Shown here: piece by piece, positions 23,111-36,047 of the stretch
Layout: the number at the start of each line of letters is the position of its first letter
How positions within the stretch are numbered: the stretch's first letter is position 1
DNA from: Oikopleura dioica
Lineage: Eukaryota > Animalia > Chordata
Direction: 5' to 3'
DNA: 64,000 nt
NCBI GenBank assembly: GCA_907165135.1
Contig: OU015566.1
Coordinates: forward strand, 11,098,001 to 11,162,000
Notes under the pieces: model-generated
The model's database searches: none
The model's input: only the letters and a program-made list of their open reading frames with translations
What the model was told of the DNA's origin: nothing
Position numbers and translations under genes: made by a program

Positions 23111-25126
23111 CTACGCTTTACAAATTGTTTTCGGTGGCTTCTTTGAATGAAATGGGCTTTTCATAGTTAAAAAATCTCCCAATTTTTTATAGATATAGTT
23201 TTTAGAACTTTTCCTACTTGCTGAAGGCTCGGAGTTTATGTATTTCATCGTTTTTCCGAGGGAAGTTGCTTCTTGGAATCTTATGGAGGTTACCGTAATA
23301 TTTCTTGTGCTCGATATTAGAATTCCCTTCAACCTCTCCTGCAGCTGAGGATATGAAAAAGATCGGTTCGGAACTCATTGCTCAGGAAGCAATAAATAAT
23401 CGGATCGACGCAGCCAGCCACTTCGAGAAAATATGCAAATCGCTTTCTATGTTTTAGACAAACCTTGACCCATCAACTGGAAAACTACTTGAACCATATT
23501 CAGAAATCTACTGCAGCTCCATTCGGTCTTCCAAGCTGTCAAATGGGATCATTAAAATTCTAATCATTTGGCATAAAGTTGAGAAAAGTAGATCCCTGTC
23601 TAGCATAAAGACGATCTTTGACGTGTGATATGGCATCCATGCGATAATATAACTGACCATCAGAGCTTTTAACGGGCTATATAATTGAATTATTAAAATA
23701 GTCGATTATTCCTGTTTTATGAACTTTGAACGGCCTTGCCTATGAGCAGCTTTAAAATACCCTGTTGAGCGGTTGCAGATTTCAAGTTGACTTTTTTCAT
23801 ATGCCTCGTTATTTTCAAATACACTTCGAAAAAAGCTCAATCGTGAAGTCTATTGGCCGAATATACCTGTTGAATATGAAGTGATGATAATTAAAAGAGG
23901 GACAAAGAAAAGAAAGACGCTTCTTGCTATTCTCCATTCTAGCACCCAATCCTCGGGCCCACAGAATGATAGCGTTGTGAAAGGCTCTCCATTTGTTGAT
24001 AGCTTCATGTTCGGCACATCGAGTTCTATTTGTTTGACTCCAATGGCTGTCGGTAAGGCACTTGCAATTGACAACATCCAGCTTTTTAATGGTTCGAATG
24101 TTGTAGTTTATATTCGAAGTACCAACATTTTTACAGAAGAATCTCACAATTACAGACGATGTCACATCGACAATTTGCTTCAAAGCGAATCAATATTGAA
24201 TTGAGATTTGAACCCTTCCTAAGTGCGATAAATGCTCTGTGATGCGGTAGTCTTTGAGTCTATAAACCGCAAGGTAAATGGGTCAGTTACATTTGAGCTC
24301 TAAAGAGTCGGATCTAACCTTGTTTTTGAAGCCAACTACAGTCATAAAGCGATCGATTCCTAAAAGGCACAGGAGCAAAGAAGTTTCACTTGACGCCATG
24401 TCTTCCATGTAAAAGGATAATTTACACATTAACCGTCTTGAAGATAAAGTCAAGGCTTATATAAAATGCAGTCAACTTACCCGTGCTGCCAGTAGGGTGT
24501 CGAGTGAATGGAAATCTGACAAAAGGGTGAAAGAAATAAGTTTAAAGGCAATCAAGGAACCCGTGTGTGACGTGAATAGCTATTGGAATCAAGGAAGAGT
24601 AATAAGATAGCTTCTCAAAGTTATAACTTATAAGGGTCAGGTCAATCATTGTCCATTGATGAACTTAATTTTCCAATAAGTTCACCAGCCAGTCTCAAAA
24701 ACCTGTCTAATATTGATTCATTTTTTGGTTTTAAATATCAGACCATCCTAATTATGTCGACAAAGCGAGGCATTTAACATTGATTGAATCCTTCTCTGAA
24801 TGAAGGAATCGTTTAATGATGAATATAAACCCTCTTCCCTGAGCAGGCAGGACAATCAGCTGAAATAAAATATTCGATATGCTCATGCAAAGAAGCAACG
24901 ATGCTGTCGGGTTCGCTTTCTTCTTCGATCGCCCGACGAAAAGGACGATGATGACCAAAGTGTTTCCAATAATCCCTTGAGTTAACTTTTAGGTCTCATG
25001 CTAGATAAATACGACGCAAACGATGATTTTCTCTTATTGTGAGATAATATTGACTAACATCAATATATACCAGCCATTACAGATCTACCTTGAATAAATG
25101 CGATTGACAAGACGGTTATTATCCAT
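23111..25126 (-). CDS. Rhodopsin-class (class A) peptide-type GPCR; N- and C-terminal exon boundaries approximate
   Basis: TM1 GIIGNTLVII, TM2 CMSISNILFQLIVLP, TM3 CKLSFYME...GIDRF (DRY-like), TM5 FLFFVPLLII, TM6 IAWMPYH, TM7 GCVDPIIY followed by helix 8 SNEFR. Confidence 0.88.
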
Positions 25127-25325
25127 CTGGAATCGTTTCCCGTATCTTCGTCTTTTTATTATTGAAAAATGATGATTTTCTCTGAGAAAAACTTCTTGTC
25201 AGTCTCTTTGTTGTTTTCAATTTTTCCTTCTGAAATAAGCGTGGAATTCGCGCAGGGATTTTGAAATACTCCGTCGCCATTTCCGGACATGGAAAAAAGG
25301 CCCGAAATGTGTTGCTAAAAAAGGG

Positions 25326-25624
25326 ATGATCTTTCTTCTACCGCTGGTTTATCTGGCATTTGCTGTAACACAACAAGTCAGTTCGGTACAAGAGCGCCGC
25401 TATATTTCTATTCTTTTTAATCGCAAAAAAGGCCAGCTGACACCCAGCCTCTATCTTTTTTCGTTTTATATATCTACCGTCGACAGGATTCAGGGCGGGT
25501 TCACTGACAAATAGGAACACGTGGAGGTCTATTTATACCACGGAACATTCATTACAAATGCTATAGGCTCAATTCACTGGATAGTGACCTCGACAGCAGA
25601 CTGTCGACAGAAGACAAATGGTGA
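25326..25624 (+). CDS. Putative small secreted protein, divergent from the GPCR; may extend via further small exons to ~26.6 kb
   Basis: Signal-peptide-like MIFLLPLVYLAFA at ATG 25326. Candidate introns 25432-25486 (GC-AG) and 25527-25566 (GT-AG) keep the frame open. Confidence 0.35.
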
Positions 25625-27200
25625 TGAGCATCTATTTTAGCTGGTGCTTACGGTATTAGAGATCCGATGTTAAACAGAATGAAAAATTAGCATTTAGCGA
25701 ATCTTTTTCAGAAATATATCCGCTTTATACTCGAAAGTGAATCTGGCAAGTACAATACTAGTGACAGCACTTTGCAGGCATTCATTTTTTACTGTGTAGC
25801 TCATCATGTATTTCGATAATTTCTTGTCATCGTTATGTCAAATAGGTTCTCTTTGAGTATCGTTGTCTCACCTCAAACGTATGAATATTCATCTTATACA
25901 GTTATACTCGGCGCAAAAACGTATAAAAATGCGTATTAGACTATTTGTTTTTACTCTATGGCATAGAGTCTCTATGCAAAGGTTATAGAAGGTGGGGAGT
26001 AGTAGGAGGGGTTTAATTAAAATCTCGCGGTTAAAATTATTGACGAGTAATGGAGTTACCGATAGATCCACTTCAAAGCATCTAGGATTAATTAACTAAA
26101 CTCGAGGATAAATTCCATTAAAAATTCAAAAGACGATTTAATTGCATGAAAACTTTTGAGGCGATCCTTCGAGAAAAAAAAATAAGAGAAATGAATGCAA
26201 TTAAAATGCATTAATTCTCGCAGCTTCTCATTTCTAAAAGGCACATAAAATTTGCATCAAATATTGAAATGATCATCCTTCCTTCATTTGATTTATTTCC
26301 TCCTGTCTGTTTATAAATTTAAGTCTCAGTCTGAAAAAAGAAAAAGCAACTAAAATCTCTTACTTTTCATTCTCACAGAAAAAAAATGATTTTTCTCTGG
26401 AGTGACAAGCAAGATCTTGTGTTTAAATCCAGGATAATTGAACGCTTCAACGAGTAATCTTCTCTATGCACTGACTGTGGTAAATGTCTTGCGTACGTCT
26501 TGCAGGCTGTGACAGCAAATTTAGAAGTGATGAGTCGGAAAATTGAAAACGAAATCTAAGAAAATGAAGACTTCAAGATATGAATGACATATCCAAGGAT
26601 TTGAAGATTCGCCAAAATGGCACTTTTGTTGTAATTTTGATGATTTTTGTGATTTGAGATTATGTCTCTACTATTGGCACTTTTAATAGCTAAAAATACG
26701 GCAGTGCGCTTAATATTGTAAACTTATATATTTAATTTGCAAGAGTGGTATATAGACGAATACAAACCTACTGCAAATATATTCTCCTCGTTGATCGCAA
26801 ATCGGTTTTGCTTTGCAGACTGAAGATTCCCGTTGACGTGCCCTGTCATACTTATTCTGCCAACTTGACAAAATAATATGGATATTTTTATAAGGCATCA
26901 ATTCTGAATTACTAAATATGAACTTATAAAGCTACTATCATTTTTATGAAAACCACGTGAAAGTTACGCCCTGGTTTTATGTGGCTAGGAATGGTAATAA
27001 ATTGATAAAGGCTGTGTTGCAACCGGCTTGTATCGTGTGAGAATCAACCAACTCCCCAGCAACGGCGGTTGTAAATAAAGTTTACAGTAATTTTTATACG
27101 GTCAGCACTCGTGAGAGTCTCAGCATCTGGTATATAACCGACAGCCTGTCGGCTACAGTTATACTTTACAAAAAGTATCATTCTGAGCAAGAATAAAATT

Positions 27201-28770
27201 ATGAAGCTTTTTGTCCCTCTTTTAGTATCGCTCTCATCAGCGGAAACCGATTGTAATAAAGTTCGCCGATACCTGTACCCTGATGAAGGGGACTGTCCGA
27301 AAGAGATGAAATGCTCCGAGGAGTTCGCTTGTGCTGTAGACAAGGACGATTGCGACTTGTATCAGTGCGTCAGTGCCACTGGTTGCCCCCCTGGCACGAC
27401 TTATTCCGTCTTCAATCCACAAGCAAGTGCTGACGATGGCGCTGATCACGAGATCAACGGCTTGGAAGGCTACTACTGCAATCCTGAAGGAGCTTTAACT
27501 TGCTCATACGACACCGATGGAAATTTTTACATCGATGTGGTCGTCGATAACAAGAAACCCTGGATCGGTGCGCCTCAAGATGACGACGAAAAGCGAAAAG
27601 TTACGCTTATTTCCAAGACCAAACACGATCAACACGTTGAGGGAACAGCGTTCAAACAATTCCACGACAGCGAATGCGTCGGAGAGGAGATCGAGGATGG
27701 AACAAAAGTCCATTTTCGCAAAAGTGCAAACGATCCAAATTGCCAAGATGAATTCGACTTTGGCCACATCTACAGTGAAATCAACGGCTTCACTTACGTT
27801 GTCGACTTCTTCATCGGTAATTAAAGCTTTAATGATTTATCTTACTGCTCATTTTTAGGATTCGATGATTACTGGCACATTAACGAGTTTGGAGAGGAAC
27901 GAATCCTTAAAGGCGGTGTTTCGAACCAATTTCAGTGCCGATTGAAAGCTTCTGACCACGGCTGGGTCGACCCGAATCCTTCATCGAATAGAACCTACAA
28001 TTATGTCGAGTATAACGGTCAGATCCCGTTCACCTTCAAAGCATACGTCGATCGAGACTTTTCGGAGGAGTACGACGGAAGTGTTATCGAACTAGGTGAC
28101 GAGTACGAAAATGATGGTATCTTTGTCGAAGCTAAGCATGGGGCCGGTGATGGCTTGGAGGAACACATTATGCATCTCAGGTAAAATTCAATAATGGTTA
28201 CTTCAAATTTTTTATCTACGTTGCCAGAGAATGCACAAGCCACAACTATCTCAAAATCGGTGAAAGCGACGATGGCACTCCGATCTTCGAAGACACTCCC
28301 TCAGGAACTTTCGCCTTTTTGAATGATGGCTGCATGGACAACAACATAGTCACCTACTCCCAAAAGAATGACAGAACCGAATGGACAAATGATGTAAAGA
28401 CTTTTGTGAAGGATCAATTCAAGTTGCAAGTCGATGCAGCTGCAGGAGGAAACGGCGCCAAGGTTAATTCTGAAAAAATCTCATAATTTATCCTTTTTAG
28501 ATCACATACTCATGTGAGATGGTTCTCTGTCCGCTCGATATTTTCAAAGGTTCCACGTCTCCCGGAGAACCTTGCCATTTGAACACCAAATGTTCAAACC
28601 GATACGACAATCTCTTCTCCGCTCGACATGCTAGAACCTCCCCCGCCAAGAACGACGATGTTCTGATCAAAACAGTTTATGAAGAAGGAGTCATCATCAC
28701 AAATAGCGCCGAAATCGGGAATTTTGCTCTTGGCCTTGCCGTGGCGAGTCTTCTACTTCTTGCGCTCTGA
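27201..28770 (+). CDS. ZP-domain secreted / GPI-anchor-type protein, paralog A
   Basis: Signal peptide, Cys-rich N-terminal module, ZP-N cysteines (LTCSYD, FQC), ZP-C motifs AYVDRDF, HLREC, FLNDGC and YSCEMVLC, basic site RHAR, and a hydrophobic C-terminal tail. Confidence 0.8.
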
Positions 28771-29671
28771 AAAAACACTTATTTACGTGGACTTTACAAA
28801 GTTTATTCGATATTTTTTTTCTGGAAAGTCAGCTACTTATCCTTCCAAATATAATCATCAAGCACAAATCTTATTTTAAATATACAATCAATCGATAAAC
28901 AAAAGGCACATCTTGCTGTCACATTTAGTTAGATATTATGAGTAAATTGCGCGAGCTTCCGCTTTTGTCTGAATAACAGTTTGATTTGCCACTCCTTCGA
29001 AGTCAAGTATGCGTAGCATAATTCTTTGTCTTTGTCAAACATACATATGACAAGATTTTGTTGCTTTGGTGACTCTGCGAGAACGAATTGATGAGTAAGT
29101 GCACTTTTATTGATAGTTTTCACACAACAAAGAAACGTTAGCTACAATGTTTTGTTTGAACTTTTCAAAAAGATTGTGAATTGTGGAGTTGCGAAGATAT
29201 ATTTGGAGCAGCGACGAAAGATTGTGAGGTGGGGAATTCCGTCGAAAGGGAATCAGGAATTGTCTGCGAAGTTAAGATCTAAACGTGGACTTGTTGTAGC
29301 CGGGAGTGAAGACGGTGTAGAAGCCGTTGTTTTCGTATTTTCCCGACGATGCCCATCTTAAAACGAAGATTTAGGGTTGATGATCTTTTTTAACCGACAG
29401 GATTAAATCAACAATCTGCTGAAAATAGCGAGCGATCTAAAAATAGGCGTTGTTCAAATTTGTATGGGGCCATATTTTTCTTTCACACTACCAAAGCTTG
29501 GGAGCTGCGATAACTCGAGGTCTGAGACAGATCTGAGTTCTCTATTTTTTCAACTTTCAACAACTGTCTAGTTTTGCTGAGACCGGCTGAATTTGAACTT
29601 GGTGATAAAATTTAATTTACAAGATCGAAGGCCAAAAATTGATTAATTAACGCAGTAGACCGCTGTCCAAC

Positions 29672-29714
29672 TCTAACCCTAAACCCTAACCCAACCCTAA
29701 CCCAACCCTAACCC
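29672..29714 (-). repeat. Interstitial telomere-like repeat (CCCTAA/CCCAA)n
   Basis: ctctaaccctaaaccctaacccaaccctaacccaaccctaaccc. Confidence 0.7.
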
Positions 29715-30226
29715 ATTGGGATTGATTTGTACTTACGGTATATTTTTGAGTACGAGCTCTTCTAAGGACTGAGTTTGATTATCTTCTCTTTCCATTATTC
29801 TGTTGTAGAAAAAAAAATCTATCTGTTTCTTCGTTTGATTTTTCAAAAGGGTAGATTTTTTAAAAGCTTGAAAACTATCTTTTCAAGGGTGGTGGAGATG
29901 AGGGTGACTGCCGCTACAGCTAGTCGCGTCGCGCCCTTTTATTCCATCGCCCGTGGGGCGCTCGATCACGCTCGCGCCATTTTAGGCAGCAAGCGAGATC
30001 TGCGTTAGTTACGAAATATTCGTTAAATAAAAACATTGCTATTACATCGAACCGCCAGGTCGACCCAATTTTTGAAATTTTGTCTTTTGGAGATTTTTCA
30101 AAAATATTTATTTTTCTGAATTTCAATAACAAAAATTGGCTACTGTTATTGAAACACCGGAAATAAAATCTACTCAAGCTAGTTTATGAAAATATACTCC
30201 GCATGAAAGCTTCATATCTACAATTT

Positions 30227-33200
30227 TTATTTATGAAATGATGCATCAGAAACAGAAGACATTCTTTTGGTAATTTTCTTATTCTTCCTCTTTTCCGAAA
30301 CCATGATCCAGACCAATGTTCCAGAGCAGCCAAGAAGCATCACGGACGCAATGAGAATAAAAAAGATTATCACCTTTGCAGTCTCTTTAGTGATTTTGTG
30401 ACGGACGTAGGGATCGATGCCCCTCATGATGTTCTTTATGGGGTCACTAAGTTCTCGTTACTCATACAGTGAGGTGCTGACTGTACTACCCGAATCTCCA
30501 GTCGCCAATCGTTCTGTTTCTAAAGTATCCATTTGGGGATAAATGAAGGGAAGCAAGGATTTTTTCCTGATACGTTCGCGAAACAAGAATTTCTTGAGCC
30601 TTTTTTCTTGAGACAACAGTTTTCTCCGTAGGTCGGGGCTTTTCCGTCGTCGACTTTTTTGTTGGATTTGTAAGAAATATTACCGTCCTATGTCCTATTC
30701 ATTTGCTCGGATTCTTAGCGGATCATTAGCTCGTAAAATGATCATGGAAATCCAAATCCTGTGACGCTGCCTCCAGTTTGCGAGTAGTCGTTAAATGAGT
30801 AACGCTGGTTGGCAACACAGTTCCTCTTCCTATTCTAGTGGAAAAGTGGACAGGTTTATCGTTATGCACTTCTTTCATTTGAATAGTTGAGCTCGGCAAA
30901 TTTGTATTGGCAGCGATTTCACCCCCGTTGACAGAACTTTCGATGGTAGGAGTATTCGTAGGAGTTGGAACGTCTTAAGAAGCTTTGGGAAGAAGACATT
31001 ATTGTTCGTTGTTTTTAAATGAAGCTTTCCTTTAGCTGATATTGGAATAACATGCTGGGCAAATACGGTCTCGTTTTTCGCCATCATCTTCGTTTGTCTA
31101 AAGTGATAAGTTCAACTGGTCGATATAGGTCAGTCCAGTACACGCCCTTATAACAAAGGCTTGTAAATTCATTAATAGCTCATAAAGATCTTTCTGCGGA
31201 GGATTTTCCCGTGGGTTCTTTTTGGCACGATTAACTCGATTGTTTTTGGACCCAACAGAACGCTAGGCTGTTTTCATGCTTTTCTTGCTTGTCGAAAGTT
31301 TTAAGGGCATGTTATTTTCGTCATTTCAAAGCACATGCATGGGATGGGTTGGGCTGCTGACGCAAATTTAAGCGAAGTGTTTTTGGCTATTCGTTGACTA
31401 ATTACGTAAGTATCATAAACATGAAAACTTTTCTTTTTCCTTGAAACTGATATGAGCATAATAGATGCCTATCTTTAGTCAATAATCCGTCTAAAAATAG
31501 CGTCATAAAACCGGTACCTCAATCCAATTCGGGAAGGCATGAGAGTATCTGGTGTTATCCACGTAAGAAGTCGTCCTTGAGGATCGAATTTGATGAGGAT
31601 GCATCTTTTCGATAAAACTTCTAAAAGAACACTCGTTCAGAAAGTATATATCAGCAATCACGTGGCTCAACAGCTGCGTATTTGCTTTTAATGATTAGCT
31701 TGGACTGCAGCCAAGTCTATCTGGCCCTTGTGGGCCAGGTTATTGAGCACATGCATCTCGCCATCGCTGAAATCCCTCTGGACTACATCACCTGAGACAT
31801 CAGTGGTCAGACAAATCTCTTCGTGGCTTGACCCAGCGACATTTTCCGCCACGCAGAGTATATTCAACGTGCCTAATCATAATTTAAACGAGACAGGAAG
31901 TGATTGTTTACCCTCGAAGAAATCAATTTTAGCGAAGCTCGCAATTGAATCATTTCGTTTATCAAACATTGTAGATTCTAGCGTTTTCCATCCGGACGTC
32001 GAGTTTCCACTCAATTTGCCGTACCATTTGATGGAGGGAAGCGGGATACCCACGGCGGATGTCTGAAGGACTAGAATTTGCTCACGATTAAAGAGCACCA
32101 CATCGAGGACAGCTGGAAAAGCGCATTTATCGCCCGTATCATCCTAAATACAAGTTAATTAGAGAAAAACAGCAAGAAATCAACCTGAAGAGTGTCTTCG
32201 ATTTCCAAGTCTACCATCGAGACTCCGCGAATTATGTCAGGTGTCCAGCATTTTACATCTTTAAAAATAGTTTTTTTTTAGAAAAAAGGTCCTTCGAGTT
32301 GACCAGACTTGAGTTCAATCGAGTAACTATTGCGTAAGCAAGTGTTTTGATAATGTCGGGTTAGAAGTCAAGAGAGGTCAGTAATCTGGCGATTATTCAA
32401 GTCAAGCAAGTTCAAAATAATAATTTCGACAAACTAAGCTTGAAATCCTTCTATATCCATAAACCACTTGTTTCGATTCCGCCAGGCTCTGAAGGAAATC
32501 ATGCTGCAAGCGCAGCTCCAAGGATTGCCAGAGAGGTCGATGTAAGGTCGAAATTTGGACTTGTAGTAAAAAGCACTTTATTGGCTTCATAAAACGCATC
32601 GAATCATCTGGAAGCGACGTTTTAGAATTCGCTTTTTATGAAACCGGCACCGGAACCAGCTTGAATGGGCCACCGTTAGTTCGTTGTCACGGAGAAACAT
32701 CTGAGTCAGCTTCGGACAGGACAGAAATACCTGACGTCGAGTTCATCAATCATGTGGCCATAAAACACTTTACCTCGGGAGAAAGAGTCGTGATTTGATT
32801 CAAGGACAGATCCAGGAATGCCAGGTTCTGATTGTTAGCAAACAAGTTTGTAGGGATCGTTTTGATTCGATTATTGCTTAGATCTTTGGGGGATATTTTT
32901 AGAGTGAAAGATAAAAATAACAATTTACCAAGTGATGAAAGCAGAGTATTATCTCGGAAAATAGTAACGGGGAGTGAATGAAGATTCATATTCGCCATTT
33001 GAATCGAAGTGATTTCAGTGAGATTCCTGAAGAGATCTTCGTCCACGTCGCCGATCCAGTTTTGCGAAAGCGATACTTATCGAAAGTCTGAAAGAAGAAC
33101 CCTTTGAAAGGGGTCTTTTGAGTGCAGATTTGCTTTGACTCTATCCTGAAATCAAATGAGCCATGCAAGTCAGGTCGCCAGGCTCGATGTATTTCAAGTC

Positions 33201-33546
33201 GTTGGAAGATAGGTCGACCTCTGTAATACTACAGAGATTCGAAATATCAGACAAGTTCTGTAGATCGTTTTTTGATGCATACAATCTGTCCAAATTCAGT
33301 GGGAGATGCTTGAAAAATGAAGATTTTAGGCCCATATCTTTCGAAGATACCGATAATTTTACACGCGAAACAATTATATTTCGACATCATTCCTGTAACG
33401 TCCAGAGCTCTTATCCACTCTGGAAAAGGTTTCTCTACTTGATCATAGGCCGTACAATTGACGAGGCCATTTTCTTCATCATAATCGCAGCATTTTGACG
33501 AAGAGATTAAAATAAAGAGAAAAAACGAAAAATCTTTCTTTTTCAT
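30227..33546 (-). CDS. LRR + LRRCT + Ig-domain type I membrane protein (LRRN/LINGO/LRFN-like architecture)
   Basis: Signal peptide at ATG 33546; LRRs such as ITEVDLSSNDL, LDLSNNRIKTIP, LDLSLNQITTL and LFLRDNEL-like; LRRCT VKCWTPDIIRG; Ig AVGIPLPSIKW...LCVAENVAG; Thr/Pro-rich stalk; TM VIIFFILIASVMLLGCSGTLVWI followed by a basic stop-transfer. Confidence 0.8.
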
Positions 33547-33789
33547 TTTGAGTGTATGGAATAATCCTGGAATGAAAAAAAATAAGAATGAGAAGAAATT
33601 TCCTCCTGCTGTGCGGGATATCACTTCACTATGCCTTAACCTTTCGTAATCGGCGATTTGTCAAATTCTGTCAAATCTGACTGTAGACCTTGTCGTCTGA
33701 GAGAATCTCTTGCGAATGACCTTATTTAACAAAAAAGAAGTGACAAGAGAATTTGATTTAGCGTTCTTTTTTTATTTTTCTTATACAGA

Positions 33790-34862
33790 TTATTGTCCTA
33801 AAGTGTTGAAGAGAAGTAGGCTAGATTTTTCCTTTATCAGTTTCGGGATTTATGTGACTGAAAAATCCTCGGATTGCTCTGACTTTATTTGATTCTAAAA
33901 ATTTCCTTTGATAGAAAAGATATTTTTAGGAACCAATTCTTGTAAGAAAACGACGAGCACCATCACTCCAACTTGAAACAAACTCCAATTTGTTATCATG
34001 TCTGATTGATGCTCTTGCGAAATTTCGTCCCCGTGATGGAAGATTTTCATCTGAAAGAAAGCTAGAAAACGCTCCTAAAAAAATGAAAACCTGTTGGATA
34101 GTTCGCCAGGCGCTGAACATTTTGACTCGCAGTCCTGCCACCAGATCGTCGAATTTTCTTACAAGTTCGAGGAGTTCCATTTCTTCTTCGGCGTTTTCGC
34201 TTGCGCTTTCCATGACTTCTGCGTTTGGAAGCGTCATTTTCTTACCAAACGGTGACTTAACAGAAATAAGATGATAAAATTAGCACCATGCTCACTTTTC
34301 CAGGAGTAAATACTATCATAATTTCAACGCCGATTTCCGCTGCTGCGAAGCCTCCATTGACGTTGAAGAGACACATGTTTACGTAACCGTCTCGAGGGAG
34401 CGCTTCCAGTTTCATGTCACCTCTGGATTTATCGCCAGTTGGGTTTATTTTGCCAATGATTCTGTTCTCGTCGTCTTTAATAATCGCAGAGGGATGAATG
34501 TCGTCGTCGAGGGAGCTAATTTTGATCACGGAGGTATAGTTCTGCTCCATGTAAAAATTGAAACAGTTCAAGCTTCGATGTCGAACTTCGAGCCAAAAGT
34601 TGTGAAAAATGAACTGTCGGTCTTCCGTAAGAATATCGAACTCCTCGATAGGCACCGCTTTAGGTGGACCTTTCGCTAATTTTAAGCTCTTATGGACGAC
34701 TATTTTACCTTTGAATGCGCTATCAACAAGACTCGTTGCTCCGAATTTCTGTCCCATCTTCTGATTCTTAATCGCCTGTTTTTGTTGCTCTTTGCGGTGT
34801 CTTTTCGCATCAAACATGCCTTGAGAAGCAATCATGCTTATGAAACACAAGAAAATCTTCAT
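33790..34862 (-). CDS. p24/TMED (GOLD-domain)-like protein, divergent
   Basis: GOLD-like NCFNFYM...IKDDENRIIG...GYVNMCLFN, a coiled-coil exon and a C-terminal IRGFF. 3' exon structure is uncertain. Confidence 0.55.
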
Positions 34863-34998
34863 TTTGGGATTTTTTGCAAAGAAAAAATTTCAGGTAGTGG
34901 GAAAAATTTCTTGATCGGACATCTGCAATGACTCTCATATTGAATTTTGTTCGATTGATGATGTTTATTAACAGTGAAATAGAAGAAAAGATGGATTT

Positions 34999-36047
34999 TC
35001 ATTGATGTAAATTTTGCATGTTGCTGTTTGTAGACATTGCCACCGAAAACCTACTGTCGGCGATACGCTCTCCTGGAACCAAAAGACTGTTCGTCGAATT
35101 TAGAAATCCATCGTTATTGGAGCGATCCGTGATTGTCCGTGTACGAGTTCGTCGTTCCGGAACAGGCGTCTTCTGCAATCTTTCCACGAAACCTAGATTT
35201 CCCTGCGATTCCAAAATTGAAGTCCCATCAGCTTGAACTTCGATGATCCCGGTAGATTCAATAAAGCTCGGTGGCTCTCCTTCCGATTGAATGTAATTCG
35301 GAGGCTTGTAATCATCATTCACGGGAATACCGATTCGAAGACCTGAACAAATATTGTCAGCACGTAGCGCATGCTCACCCATTTATTCTTCATGAAAGAT
35401 GCGTAACTTGCAACATGCCAAGAGAGGGTACATATTTTCGAGTTCACTAACTGACTGAAAAAAGCTGCCCTTGATCAACTGGATGATACAAATATTTGAC
35501 TGAAATTATTGCTGAATAATTGAATAATTTTATGGAAGTTAACATGCGTTTTATGGGAGAAAGAGCGCAAATTCGTAAAGATAAAGAAAGTAATAACCGA
35601 TAAAAAACTTTTTTTGTTAAATCCTGAAATAAAATTCGAGCAAATTACCGGTTCCAATCGTCGGAGGCGGCGCTTCAGGGTCATCGATCGCCATCCTCTT
35701 GAAAACTTCTGCATTCGATTCTAGGATGTTCTCATACGTCGGAGGCTTTGGCCCTGTATCTTCTCGGCCTTCCGTATTTGTTTCTTCATCCCATAGACCT
35801 GGGCTGAATTTTGCTCGTACGTAAAGGAGGGAAAGAAGTGTGAGTCCAAGGCTCACGAGGAAGATGCCTTTTCGTAGGCTTTTGTTATCTTCTAAAGCTT
35901 TTATTGGTGAAAGACTTTATAATTCTCCGCCTTACCTGTTTCTGTTAGCTCAAAAGCGGCGATCAGTATGAAAATTACAGAAACATGGAGGGAGTAGACG
36001 AAAGATTTGATTCGCGGCGAGGTCTCTGCGCTCAAGCTCAAGCACAT
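34999..36047 (-). CDS. Small membrane protein with a PPxY-rich cytoplasmic tail
   Basis: Spliced exons give two hydrophobic segments (VSVIFILIAAF; GIFLVSLGLTLLSLLYV) followed by PPTY, PPNY and PPSF motifs; GTAAGG donor after exon 1. Confidence 0.6.

Noticed and set aside
28929-29361. Short ORFs and exon-like pieces downstream of ZP paralog A
   Set aside because: A GTAAGT donor is present, but I could not assemble a consistent frame or recognisable product.
29672-29714. True chromosome end or telomere
   Set aside because: Only ~45 bp, degenerate, and flanked by unique sequence and genes on both sides.
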